In this document: positions 16,964 through 26,144 of the stretch, piece by piece
How positions within the stretch are numbered: the stretch's first letter is position 1
Layout: each line of letters starts with the position of its first letter
IMG/VR virus record: IMGVR_UViG_3300031963_000202
Coordinates: 1-53,800 of that record
Length of the DNA: 53,800 nt
Source: a virus
Lineage: Duplodnaviria > Caudoviricetes
Direction: 5' to 3' (one strand)
The notes under the pieces: model-generated
Databases searched by the model: none
What the model saw: the letters and a program-made list of their open reading frames with translations, nothing else
What the model was told of the DNA's origin: nothing
Position numbers and translations under genes: made by a program

Positions 16964-19776
16964 TGGCACGGTATGGTCTTGATTACTACAGCGCGTTAAG
17001 CTTCCCTCTAAGTTACTATGGTAGTGATAACGCTCTTAATTACGACGCTAACCCCGTCTTTGCTTTGTCCTCTGGGTATAACCAGTTAACCTTATTTTGG
17101 ACAAGCCCAGTAGGTGCGTGGGTTAAGTTGCGTCTGGTAAGAAGCCCATACGGATTCCCTGTAAACGTAACCGATGGAGATAATGTATTTGAAACTACTA
17201 GACGAGCAGACCCTCAGTTCTATGTAGATAAAACCTCCCTTACAAATGCAGAGTCAAAGGTCTTCTTCTATTCTATTTTTGTATTTGACTCTGTACAACT
17301 GACATGGGTATTAGCTGGACGAATGTCTGGTATGTCAGTAAAGAACTACGGCACAGCTGACAAGATGTACAGCTACTTGCCACAGATTTATAAGCTAACA
17401 ACACCTTACATCGCATCTGAAGCTACAGATAACAATGATTTATATAATTTCCTATCCCTATTTGCCTATGAGTTAGACCACACAAGGGCGCTAGCTGAAA
17501 TTATTACAGACCGTTATAACTTTGAAAGAATTTCAGCAACCTCTATTCCCTTGCTGTTAAATCAGTTTGGACTTAAGTACGAGCCAGAGATTGGTTTCCA
17601 ACAGTCTCGTATCCTTGTTAGAGACTCTGTTCAGCTAACAAAAGAAAAGGGCTCATCACAGGGTCTACGAGAGTACATAAAGGGATTTACAGGGTGGGCT
17701 TGCCCGTCCCCTGTCGAAGGAACCCCTAACCCAACACTTGAAGGTTTACAGGTAAGTCACAACCTGATGTTGGATTACAACGACTCTTCATTTGAAGAAG
17801 GCATTGGACACTGGACAACCCCAGATAGCACAGCATTATTATCTCAACTAGGTGCAAAGTCTGTTACCAAATACCAAGTTAATAATAATAACCTTCGTAT
17901 GATTGTAGGAGCTCACGGCTACAAAATTGGGGATAAAATTACTATTAGTGGATTTAAGTCCCCTGGTTACAACGCCAGCACTCCTGTGGCTATCACAGGT
18001 GTTGACCCACTTAGCTACATAGAGATTATTGTTTCTAGTCCAGACATTGCTTTAGTTGATGCATTTAATCAAGAAGCAGATGCCTATCCAACAGTTCTGC
18101 CATACCCAACCCCTTATGCAGAACCTACAACCCTTGCTCTATATCCAAATAAACGAAAAGGTATTCTTTCTGTTGCAAACTCAACAGGTTCCCCACAAGT
18201 TGTTACCATTTCCTGTGGAAGCGCATCACCAAGAACCTTGGGTATCCCTATTATTTCTGGAGACACTTATACCTTCAGCATCTATAGCGCAGCCTTATCA
18301 ACAGCTCGAAGTTTTACAGCAGGCATAAGTTGGTACGACCGCTTTGGAACGTTCATGTCTACTACTACAGGTAACCCTACAACAAATGCCACAGGAGCCC
18401 TATCTACAAGAGCGGTAGTAACCGCTCAAGGTCCCTGCAACATTACGTTAAATCCTTTCTTTGCTACAGGCGGTTCTGGCTATACCGATGGCGTTTATAC
18501 AGGCGTTCCATTAACCAGAGTTAGCGGCAAAGCGTTTACGACAGCCCCAATAGCAAACATTGCTATTTCTGGTGGGTCAGTGTCTTCTGTGTCTATTACT
18601 AACGGTGGCAAAGGCTCAGATACCACAACCATATTCTCTTTTGATAAGGCGTCTATCGGTAGCGCAGGGGGTTCTGGCTTCCTAGCCACCGTTAACCGTG
18701 TCCAAGAGTCTTACTACGCAGCACCTACAATTTCTGTATCTAGCGTTGCTAACGCCAACAGCGGTGAGCGCCACTACTTTGATGCAGCGCAGTTTGAAAA
18801 GGCTGGAGCTGTTACAGATTTTGATGAGGCTCGCCAGGTGCACATCACCATGAAGGCTAGCCGAATTAATGAAATTAAAAACCCAACCTTTAATAGTGCA
18901 AATAGCTTTGCACCTTGGGGTTTTACAAACGGAACAGCAACAGCTTCAAGTGCTCAAACTGACCCTATTGATGACCTACTAATTATTGAAGGCTATCAAC
19001 AGACTGGTGGAACTGCAGAAATTTCTTTGTCAACAGTTCACGCTTATAAAGTTAACGATGTTGTTGTAGTAGCAGGGTTGCCTGCAGCATACAACGGTGT
19101 GCAGACCATTACTGCAGTTACAGATTTTACAATTAGTTACACAGTAAGCCCTACCGCAACTGTTGCGTTTACTGCTGATGCAGGGACGATTGCTAAAGCT
19201 GGAAGCTCTTGTTTAGTAACTAAGCCTGCAACTGGCAATACAGAAGTTCGAGCAGCAGCCTCTTCTGCTAACTACATGGACATTCACTACCCATCTACCA
19301 ACTACACCTTTAGTGTGTATGTAAGACGAGTTACTGGAACCGCTGCCCCAACTGTGCGACCAATTATTTACTGGTATGACAGCACCAAGACAGCTATCTC
19401 TAGCACCTTGGCTGACCTTGTAACAATTAGTAGCTCTACAGACTGGTCAAGAATTAACACATCATCTGTTGCACCTGAGAATGCTGCCTATGCAAGCGTT
19501 TCTATCCTATGGACTAATGGTGCGGTTAATGACTCAATCGCATTAGATAATGCTTTGTTTGAGAACAGCCCCTTTGTTCTTCGATACTTTGATGGAAGCC
19601 AGGGCTTTGGCTCTACTGCTGAATTGTTCTGGGAGGGCTCAGTCCCTAACCTAGCCCGTAGCCACTACTACAGGAACCGAGTAGCTATCGCTGACCGCCT
19701 TGCAAAAGGTGCCCTAGATGACTGGCTTGTAAGCGGGTCTACCTACGCCCTATACCTAGCACAGCCAAAGACGTAG
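16963..19776 (+). CDS. Baseplate wedge / tail protein I fused to carbohydrate-binding-like domains (likely receptor binding)
   Basis: LPQIY, FL.LF..ELD, KGSSQGL (gpI-like); NL...SSFE/NPTF and YTFSVY..DNALFE CBM-like repeats. Confidence 0.75.
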   Translation: MARYGLDYYSALSFPLSYYGSDNALNYDANPVFALSSGYNQLTLFWTSPVGAWVKLRLVRSPYGFPVNVTDGDNVFETTRRADPQFYVDKTSLTNAESKVFFYSIFVFDSVQLTWVLAGRMSGMSVKNYGTADKMYSYLPQIYKLTTPYIASEATDNNDLYNFLSLFAYELDHTRALAEIITDRYNFERISATSIPLLLNQFGLKYEPEIGFQQSRILVRDSVQLTKEKGSSQGLREYIKGFTGWACPSPVEGTPNPTLEGLQVSHNLMLDYNDSSFEEGIGHWTTPDSTALLSQLGAKSVTKYQVNNNNLRMIVGAHGYKIGDKITISGFKSPGYNASTPVAITGVDPLSYIEIIVSSPDIALVDAFNQEADAYPTVLPYPTPYAEPTTLALYPNKRKGILSVANSTGSPQVVTISCGSASPRTLGIPIISGDTYTFSIYSAALSTARSFTAGISWYDRFGTFMSTTTGNPTTNATGALSTRAVVTAQGPCNITLNPFFATGGSGYTDGVYTGVPLTRVSGKAFTTAPIANIAISGGSVSSVSITNGGKGSDTTTIFSFDKASIGSAGGSGFLATVNRVQESYYAAPTISVSSVANANSGERHYFDAAQFEKAGAVTDFDEARQVHITMKASRINEIKNPTFNSANSFAPWGFTNGTATASSAQTDPIDDLLIIEGYQQTGGTAEISLSTVHAYKVNDVVVVAGLPAAYNGVQTITAVTDFTISYTVSPTATVAFTADAGTIAKAGSSCLVTKPATGNTEVRAAASSANYMDIHYPSTNYTFSVYVRRVTGTAAPTVRPIIYWYDSTKTAISSTLADLVTISSSTDWSRINTSSVAPENAAYASVSILWTNGAVNDSIALDNALFENSPFVLRYFDGSQGFGSTAELFWEGSVPNLARSHYYRNRVAIADRLAKGALDDWLVSGSTYALYLAQPKT

Positions 19777-19791
19777 TATGATGCTCCCATG
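19777..19791 (+). promoter_or_regulatory. Leaderless promoter (-10 TATGAT, 6 nt, ATG)
   Basis: TATGAT 19777-19782, GCTCCC, ATG 19789; no SD. Confidence 0.55.
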
Positions 19792-20067
19792 CTGGAGCTA
19801 ATACTCGTTGGTTGCTTTACTGGGTTCTTCCTGGCTACAGTGCGGAATCTAGTAGACGTGTTAAGTATTTTTATACCTACTTCCGTAATTAATGCCGTAC
19901 TTTCAATTATATTTGCAGGCGTAGCTGTGTACTTAGTTGAAGTTTCAACTACTAAGCAGGCCATCCTGTGGACAGTCGCTGGAGCATTTCTGGGGGCAGC
20001 GCTCCTTGCAATTGTTGAGCGGATGTCTACCTATAAACCCGCAGTTGTTAACACCGCCCGAGATTAG
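19789..20067 (+). CDS. Putative holin / small membrane protein
   Basis: 92 aa, three hydrophobic segments, at the end of the tail operon. Confidence 0.55.
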   Translation: MLELILVGCFTGFFLATVRNLVDVLSIFIPTSVINAVLSIIFAGVAVYLVEVSTTKQAILWTVAGAFLGAALLAIVERMSTYKPAVVNTARD

Positions 20068-20098
20068 TGATAGGGTAATAGGGACCTAAGGAGGTCCT

Positions 20099-20761
20099 AT
20101 GAGCAAATATTATGTTCTAGTGGCTGGTAAAGGAGCCACCAGTAGACAAAACGTTGAAGCGTTAATGGAAGACCATTACTACGCAAAAGGCGATGGCGGT
20201 ACTGTTGTTATCGCTATTGAAAAACATGCAACACCATCACAGGTATTCGTTGCACAGTTTGCTAAAGATAAAAACAAAGAGATAGTTCTGGTAGCAAAGC
20301 CAGAGGCTGACTTGGGCAGTATGCCTGCTGCATCAGTAGTTCATGATGATGAGCCAATTAAAAAATCTGTAGAGATAGTTGCTGGAGCAGACGCGTCTGC
20401 GTTCCTTCTTTGGGACGATGGTGACGAAGCCTCGCTTGCAGTATTAGCGTCCTGTAAAAAAGCTAACATCCCGTGCTATGACCTGATTAATGGGTTATCA
20501 GAGATAACCCCATCTGAAACCCTTCAGGAGCCAGAGGCAACCCTATTCCCCAAAGCTGAGATGGTCACAGAGAGTGAGGAGACCGATGAGGAGGAAGAAG
20601 AAGTCGACGAGGAAGAAGACGACGACGAAGAGTACGACGACGAAGAAGAAGAAGACTCCGAAGACCTTGAAGATATCTATGCGGGAGTCGAAGCGATAGC
20701 CCGAGTCTTCGCCCGAGTCTTTATTGAGGAGTGGAAGGCCCAAGGTGGCCCTAAGTCCTAA
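20099..20761 (+). CDS. Hypothetical protein, Rossmann/SLOG-like N-terminus and long acidic tract
   Basis: AAGGAGG RBS; YVLVAGKG start; a run of roughly 35 mostly D/E residues. Fold call is weak. Confidence 0.55.
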   Translation: MSKYYVLVAGKGATSRQNVEALMEDHYYAKGDGGTVVIAIEKHATPSQVFVAQFAKDKNKEIVLVAKPEADLGSMPAASVVHDDEPIKKSVEIVAGADASAFLLWDDGDEASLAVLASCKKANIPCYDLINGLSEITPSETLQEPEATLFPKAEMVTESEETDEEEEEVDEEEDDDEEYDDEEEEDSEDLEDIYAGVEAIARVFARVFIEEWKAQGGPKS

Positions 20762-21674
20762 GACTCTAGGTGTACTCCTAGAGATAGCCGTTTATGGGGC
20801 TCCAGAGGGCGTTAAGGGCCTTTCTAAGGAGCTTGGGGTAGGTCGCGTACAGATTGACTCTGCCCTGGCTGAGCTGGCCTCTATAGGCCTTGTACGGCTT
20901 TCCAACGGTAAAACGGCAAAAGGGACATTCTGGTACAAAGTGGAACTTACCCCAGAGGGTGTAGCCTACGCCCATAACTGGATGACTGGTAAGAAACCGT
21001 TAGCGGTTTTACCGAACGGTGAAACCAGCATCTACATATCACTGAATAGCAATATAGCTGATACCTATAAAGCAGATATCCCATATAGCAAAGAGCAGTA
21101 TGGCTTATATGCTAATTCAGTTAACAAAAGTGCGGAACAGAGTTCCGCACTGAACGGGAAAGAAAACATAGGAGGAATCATGAGCTTGGGCTCAACGCCG
21201 ATAGACCCAGATGACTTAGCAGATGAGATGAAGAAGGACAGGGAGCGCAAGAAGCAAGAGCGCAAGGAACAGTCGGAGGCTCATTACCGCGACCGACAGC
21301 GCATCCGCTCTAGTCGCGCTGTGGTTGACTGGTCCCCAGCCGATGTCGTCAACCATTTCTCCGAACAGGTTAAGTTAATCTGGAACGTAGAGAACGTGGC
21401 GTTAACCCAACGGCCTAAGTTGGTTAGGGCTATGGACCTGTTCCGTATAGACAACGACACCAACGGTGAGATTGATAAATATCTTATTGATACTTACATC
21501 TCGACAAAAAAGTTTGATAAGACTAAGTTATATAACCCAGAGGAAATCTTCTGGGGTTTTATAAACTGGGCTCCGACAAAGGTTGGCGAAGCCAAGCGTT
21601 CTGTAAAGGCAGAGGACTTAGATGCTGTTGCCGTTGCACGAGCAAAGAACCGAAAGCTGTTAGGGTTGGACTAA
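20724..21674 (+). CDS. Putative replication initiator (N-terminal winged HTH)
   Basis: LSKELGVGRVQIDSALAELASIGLVR wHTH; directly upstream of a DnaC-like loader; start uncertain (TTG 20724 or GTG 20745). Confidence 0.65.
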   Translation: MRSGRPKVALSPKTLGVLLEIAVYGAPEGVKGLSKELGVGRVQIDSALAELASIGLVRLSNGKTAKGTFWYKVELTPEGVAYAHNWMTGKKPLAVLPNGETSIYISLNSNIADTYKADIPYSKEQYGLYANSVNKSAEQSSALNGKENIGGIMSLGSTPIDPDDLADEMKKDRERKKQERKEQSEAHYRDRQRIRSSRAVVDWSPADVVNHFSEQVKLIWNVENVALTQRPKLVRAMDLFRIDNDTNGEIDKYLIDTYISTKKFDKTKLYNPEEIFWGFINWAPTKVGEAKRSVKAEDLDAVAVARAKNRKLLGLD

Positions 21675-22360
21675 TGTACAAAGTAGAAGAGCAAAAAGTT
21701 CGTCGTAAGATGTGGATTAAATCTTCCAACATCCCTAAGGCACGCCTTGGTTGGGAACTGGATGACTGCGTTGATACCGACCCAGAAGACATCGAACAGA
21801 TACGTGGTTGGATTAGTTTGCTAGACCAAGGTGTTAACGTTAGAGCTTCTGGTAGCAGGCACTGTGGCAAAGGTCTAATGATTGCGGGTAAACCTGGCCG
21901 CGGTAAATCAACGGTGGCTGTTGCAACCATCCAAGATATCATGAGGCTATCACCCCCGTCTGCCTTTGACGTAGAGGACGGCCTAACCCTTATACGTCCT
22001 TGTTACTTTATGACCTTTAATGATGTGCTTTCTTTATCAGGTCGCATGATGGATAGCCCGACAGACTGGGAGGAGGTCCTCTACTATGGTCTCTTAGGTG
22101 AAGCGCACGACTCCTACAACATCCGAGTCCTAGTGATTGATGACGTAGGCAAGGAGCACGCTAGCCTAAGTGGGTGGCAGAAGAACGTTTTGCATCATGT
22201 ACTACGTACACGATTCAATCTTGGACTGCCAACCATAGTAACCACTAACGTCAGTCTTGACGACTGGGGTAGTCTTTACGGCGATGCTACCGAGAGTTTT
22301 GCTAAGGAAGCGTTTATGTATTTGCCAATGGTTACTAACAAAGGAGACCTACGAGAATGA
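21674..22360 (+). CDS. DnaC/IstB-like helicase loader ATPase
   Basis: GKPGRGKS Walker A, LVIDDVGKE Walker B, R....LPTIVTTN. Confidence 0.88.
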   Translation: MYKVEEQKVRRKMWIKSSNIPKARLGWELDDCVDTDPEDIEQIRGWISLLDQGVNVRASGSRHCGKGLMIAGKPGRGKSTVAVATIQDIMRLSPPSAFDVEDGLTLIRPCYFMTFNDVLSLSGRMMDSPTDWEEVLYYGLLGEAHDSYNIRVLVIDDVGKEHASLSGWQKNVLHHVLRTRFNLGLPTIVTTNVSLDDWGSLYGDATESFAKEAFMYLPMVTNKGDLRE

Positions 22361-22665
22361 GCAAGGTAATGGAAACTAAACTAGTACAAGTGTTTCTTAG
22401 TCAAACACAGTCACCTGGTCCTGGTATCTATGAAGTATCAGTGGACGATAGTAACAAGCTGTACTGCACCTGCCCTGGTTATCGTGGTCGCAATACTTGC
22501 AAGCATGTTAAGTTTGTAAGCGCACGCATCAAAGCAAACGGTGGCGATAATTATCCGTTAGAGTTTTCTAGCCGTGCGTCCAAGGACGATATCAGTAATG
22601 CCCGTTCATCAAAGGAAGCCTTCAGGGAGTTTGTAATAAACTTCGGCAAGATAGAAGTCTTTTAA
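22357..22665 (+). CDS. SWIM zinc-finger protein
   Basis: YEV...CTCPGY....CKH. Confidence 0.85.
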   Translation: MSKVMETKLVQVFLSQTQSPGPGIYEVSVDDSNKLYCTCPGYRGRNTCKHVKFVSARIKANGGDNYPLEFSSRASKDDISNARSSKEAFREFVINFGKIEVF

Positions 22666-23075
22666 TGAAGAAGGGGGATATCAGTAACGAACTCCCCAGA
22701 AGGATATTAGTTACCACAGACATTATTATGGATGTGGAGATGACAGTAAAGCGTAAGCTTCTTGTCATCCCATCCGTACAAATAAATAAAAAGTTTAGAC
22801 GTGATGCTTTGTCCTATTTGTACATTTTTACAACTAGGGCTGGCTTCACGCTTGAGTTAGTATCGTTTGAGCTAGATGATGATGGTTTGTCAGAGACCAT
22901 GGATGAGCTTGACAAGAACGGTACTAACCCATTTAGATACTACACGGCGTATGAATCGGACAAACACTTGCTCAGCGAACTTCCCTATCGACCTGAAGTA
23001 GTTGGTGTAGTTGATGTAGACTCTCGCCTCTTACGTTACGGACACTGGGGAAGGACATTCGCTGACTTACAATGA
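22665..23075 (+). CDS. Conserved phage hypothetical protein
   Basis: Coupled overlaps on both sides; no clear motif. Confidence 0.6.
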   Translation: MKKGDISNELPRRILVTTDIIMDVEMTVKRKLLVIPSVQINKKFRRDALSYLYIFTTRAGFTLELVSFELDDDGLSETMDELDKNGTNPFRYYTAYESDKHLLSELPYRPEVVGVVDVDSRLLRYGHWGRTFADLQ

Positions 23076-24298
23076 ACAACGAACTACGACTATTAAGTAA
23101 AGTATTAGAGAGCCGCGACCTCGCCCCATTATTTGACCGTGGTGTTAAAGACGCATGGTTTGTAGACGGTGAAGTAAGACGTGTATGGGTTTTTGTACGC
23201 GACCATTTCTCTAAGTATGCAGAGTGTCCAAGCCTTGAGGTAGTAACACAGAACTTCCCATCATGGAAACAGCATGAGTCTGCTGACGCCTTAGAGTATT
23301 TAATTGACAGCGTTGTTGCTACACGTCGTTCTTCTTCATTCTTAAAGATGTTGGAGTCTGCCGCTGCCACATATGGTTCTACTAAAGACCACGAAGAAGG
23401 ACTACGTATAGTTCAAGCTGGCATCATTGGTTTAGAAGAGGACGGGCTAGGTAAGACTAGCGATGTAAACCTTATTGATGAACCACAGAAGCGTTGGGAC
23501 GAATACACCTTCCGTAAAAACAACCCAGGGTTACTTGGAACAGCAACAGGGTTTCCTAGTGTTGACCAAGTTACTGGTGGTCTACAGCCTGGTCAGTTAA
23601 TTGTAATTGTTGCTCCACCTAAGACTGGTAAGTCAACTGTTGCTTTGCAGTTTGCACAGAACGTTCACCTACAGGACAAGTCAGTTATGTTCCAGTCATT
23701 TGAAATGAGTAACCACGAACAGCAGACTCGTTACGACGCTATGCGAGCACGCATCTCACACTCACGTCTTATCAATGGTTTGCTAGATAACGAAGAAGAA
23801 GCAAGGTATCAAGCAAAGCTTCGTTCTATGGAGAACATGCGTAAGCCATTCTGGTTAGTTGACTCAGCCAATGGTTCTACAGTCTCTGGTATAGCTAGTA
23901 AGTTGTCAGTGCTACATCCAGAGATTGTATTTATTGACGGTGTTTATTTAATGATTGACGAACAGACTGGGGAAGCTAACACCCCACAGGCTATTACTAA
24001 CATCACTCGTTCCCTAAAGCGCATGGCTCAGAAGTACAAGGTGCCAGTTGTTATTACAACTCAGGTTCTTAACTGGAAGATGCGTAAAGGTCAAGTAACT
24101 GCCGACTCTATTGGTTACTCATCATCCTTCCACCAAGATGCTGACGTCATCTTTGGTCTACAGCGTGAAGATGAGAACGTAGACGACACTCGTATCTTGA
24201 AGGTGCTAGAAAGCCGTAACTCTGGACGTATGGAGATATCGCTTATCTGGGATTGGAGCACAGGTACCTTTAGAGAGATTGACGTAAATGACATCTAG
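23072..24298 (+). CDS. dnaB: DnaB-like replicative helicase
   Basis: TGF..D..TGGLQPGQL, APPKTGKS, FEMS, IDGVYLM, SSSFHQDADV. Confidence 0.93.
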   Translation: MNNELRLLSKVLESRDLAPLFDRGVKDAWFVDGEVRRVWVFVRDHFSKYAECPSLEVVTQNFPSWKQHESADALEYLIDSVVATRRSSSFLKMLESAAATYGSTKDHEEGLRIVQAGIIGLEEDGLGKTSDVNLIDEPQKRWDEYTFRKNNPGLLGTATGFPSVDQVTGGLQPGQLIVIVAPPKTGKSTVALQFAQNVHLQDKSVMFQSFEMSNHEQQTRYDAMRARISHSRLINGLLDNEEEARYQAKLRSMENMRKPFWLVDSANGSTVSGIASKLSVLHPEIVFIDGVYLMIDEQTGEANTPQAITNITRSLKRMAQKYKVPVVITTQVLNWKMRKGQVTADSIGYSSSFHQDADVIFGLQREDENVDDTRILKVLESRNSGRMEISLIWDWSTGTFREIDVNDI

Positions 24299-25199
24299 CA
24301 TCGAAGACACACTAGAAGTCCTTGGTCTTAAGATTGTTTCTATTAGGAACAGTGAGATACAACTGCACTGCCCCGCTCATAAAGAACGTACAGGTAAAGA
24401 AGATAACAACCCGTCCTTTTGGATTAATGGAGAGAACGGTTTATTTATTTGTTTTTCTTGTGACTGGAAGGGTGGCTTACAAACCTTAGTCAACTACTTA
24501 GGTGGGACTATCGACGCCACCATAGATGTAGATGTAACAGTGACTAGATTAGCTGCTCGTATAAAGCAGTTAATCGAAGGTGAGAAGCCTAAGCAAGAAG
24601 AGTACGCGCCTATTCATGAGTCGATGCTTCACGCTTTCAGACAGGTACCCGACGATATTTCCCTGAGCAGAGGTTTATTACCTGAGGCAGTAGCTAAATA
24701 TGGAGTGAAGTGGAACCATAATCAGAGCAACTGGATTATTCCTATTAGAGACCCGATTACTAATAAACTTTTAGGATGGCAAGAGAAGGGCCACAAGACC
24801 AGGTTCTTTAGAAACACCACTGGTGTTAAAAAAAGCGAAGCCTTGTTTGGATATGAGCACTACAAAGGTGGGGACATGATTGTTGTTGAGTCCCCCTTAG
24901 ATGTTATTCGCTTAGCTTCTTTAGGTATAGAGGGGGCTGTCGCCACTTATGGGTGCGCCGTCTCACATACTCAGTGGAGCATGATTAGGGGAGCGACTAG
25001 ACCTATTTTTGCTTTAGACAATGACGACGCTGGCAGGTCTTGCACCGAAGAGTTAAGGTTTAAGGCTATGGATATCGGTCTGTCTTCTTGGTTCTTTAAC
25101 TACGCACAGACTGACCAGAAAGATGTCGGCGGGATGTCTCGTAAAGAGATTGAGTGGGGTTTGCAAAACGCAAGACACATACTAGGGTATATGCCATGA
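24288..25199 (+). CDS. dnaG: DnaG-type primase (CHC2 zinc finger + TOPRIM)
   Basis: CPAH...PSF...CFSC; VVESPLD; LDNDDAG. Confidence 0.92.
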   Translation: MTSSIEDTLEVLGLKIVSIRNSEIQLHCPAHKERTGKEDNNPSFWINGENGLFICFSCDWKGGLQTLVNYLGGTIDATIDVDVTVTRLAARIKQLIEGEKPKQEEYAPIHESMLHAFRQVPDDISLSRGLLPEAVAKYGVKWNHNQSNWIIPIRDPITNKLLGWQEKGHKTRFFRNTTGVKKSEALFGYEHYKGGDMIVVESPLDVIRLASLGIEGAVATYGCAVSHTQWSMIRGATRPIFALDNDDAGRSCTEELRFKAMDIGLSSWFFNYAQTDQKDVGGMSRKEIEWGLQNARHILGYMP

Positions 25200-25390
25200 G
25201 CAGCAGCGCTAAGTGGATGGACGCGGGCCCTCTGCGCGATTACCTAGAGAAGGTATCAGCAGAGAACAAGGAACGTGCTAAGTATTGTTCTTTCTGTGAT
25301 AAGCCTACTGCAGACCATTGGGAAGCGCTAAGGGGTTCAGCCACTTTAATAAGAGCATGTAAAGAGTGTTGTCCAGAGGAGCATGAATGA
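25196..25390 (+). CDS. Small C4 zinc-finger protein
   Basis: ATGA overlap; YCSFCDK...ACKECC. Confidence 0.6.
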   Translation: MSSSAKWMDAGPLRDYLEKVSAENKERAKYCSFCDKPTADHWEALRGSATLIRACKECCPEEHE

Positions 25391-25923
25391 TTATCGGATT
25401 AACAGGCTACGCACAGTCAGGTAAAGACACATTGGCTGAGATACTAGTTCAAAAGTATGGTTACACACGCGTTGCGTTTGCTGACCCTATCCGCGAACTG
25501 CTTTACGAGATGAACCCTGCAGTCAAAGACGGGGGCTACAGACTTCAAGGTGTTGTAGATGGCTATGGCTGGGATGTGGCAAAGACTGCGTTTCCAGAGG
25601 TTCGCAACCTTCTACAGAACTTAGGTGTAGGCGCTCGCAAAACATTCGGTGAGACCTTCTGGATACAGCAAGCATTACGTAAGGTTCACTTTGAAGGTAA
25701 CTTTGTTATTACTGATGTGCGTTTTCCTAATGAAGCTGCCGCTATCCGTAAGTACGACAACTCCCAGATATGGCGTATCAAGCGCCCTGGAGTAGGTGCC
25801 GTTAACCCTCACGTATCAGAGACAGCCATGGACGGAGAGCGGGTTGACCAGATATTTGTTAACAGTGGTACGCTTGAAGACCTAGAGGTCTTAATTGCTA
25901 CAAGGATGAGAGCATACGTATGA
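25387..25923 (+). CDS. Deoxynucleoside monophosphate kinase
   Basis: IIGLTGYAQSGKDT, FADPIR, R.LLQ.LG, ITDVRFPNE, HVSE. Confidence 0.92.
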   Translation: MIIGLTGYAQSGKDTLAEILVQKYGYTRVAFADPIRELLYEMNPAVKDGGYRLQGVVDGYGWDVAKTAFPEVRNLLQNLGVGARKTFGETFWIQQALRKVHFEGNFVITDVRFPNEAAAIRKYDNSQIWRIKRPGVGAVNPHVSETAMDGERVDQIFVNSGTLEDLEVLIATRMRAYV

Positions 25924-26144
25924 TTGACTATCAGTATTGGTCTTGGTTACTAGCCGCTATTGGCGTAACTGGTATCTTTTTCGTAGGTAGAAAAACTATT
26001 TGGGGATGGTTAATCCTATGTCTCAATGAGTGTCTTTGGATTGTCTACGCTTTAATAACAAACCAGTATGGGTTTATTGTTGCTGCTGTTGCCTACGGGA
26101 TTGTTTACATTCGCTCTTATCTTCACTGGAGGAGAGACGCTTGA
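25920..26144 (+). CDS. Half-size PnuC/SemiSWEET-like membrane protein
   Basis: 74 aa, three TM helices, WGW...NECLW..YA...QYG pattern. Confidence 0.6.
   Translation: MIDYQYWSWLLAAIGVTGIFFVGRKTIWGWLILCLNECLWIVYALITNQYGFIVAAVAYGIVYIRSYLHWRRDA

Noticed and set aside
5862-19776. Bacterial extracellular contractile injection system (AFP/PVC)
   Set aside because: Flanked by neck, replication, tRNA and RNR genes with a long tape measure, so it is a phage tail.
20575-20660. GAA/GAC triplet runs as a DNA repeat element
   Set aside because: Explained by the poly-Asp/Glu coding tract.
21674-22360. IS21 IstB transposition helper
   Set aside because: No IstA or terminal repeats; the context is initiator-loader-helicase-primase.
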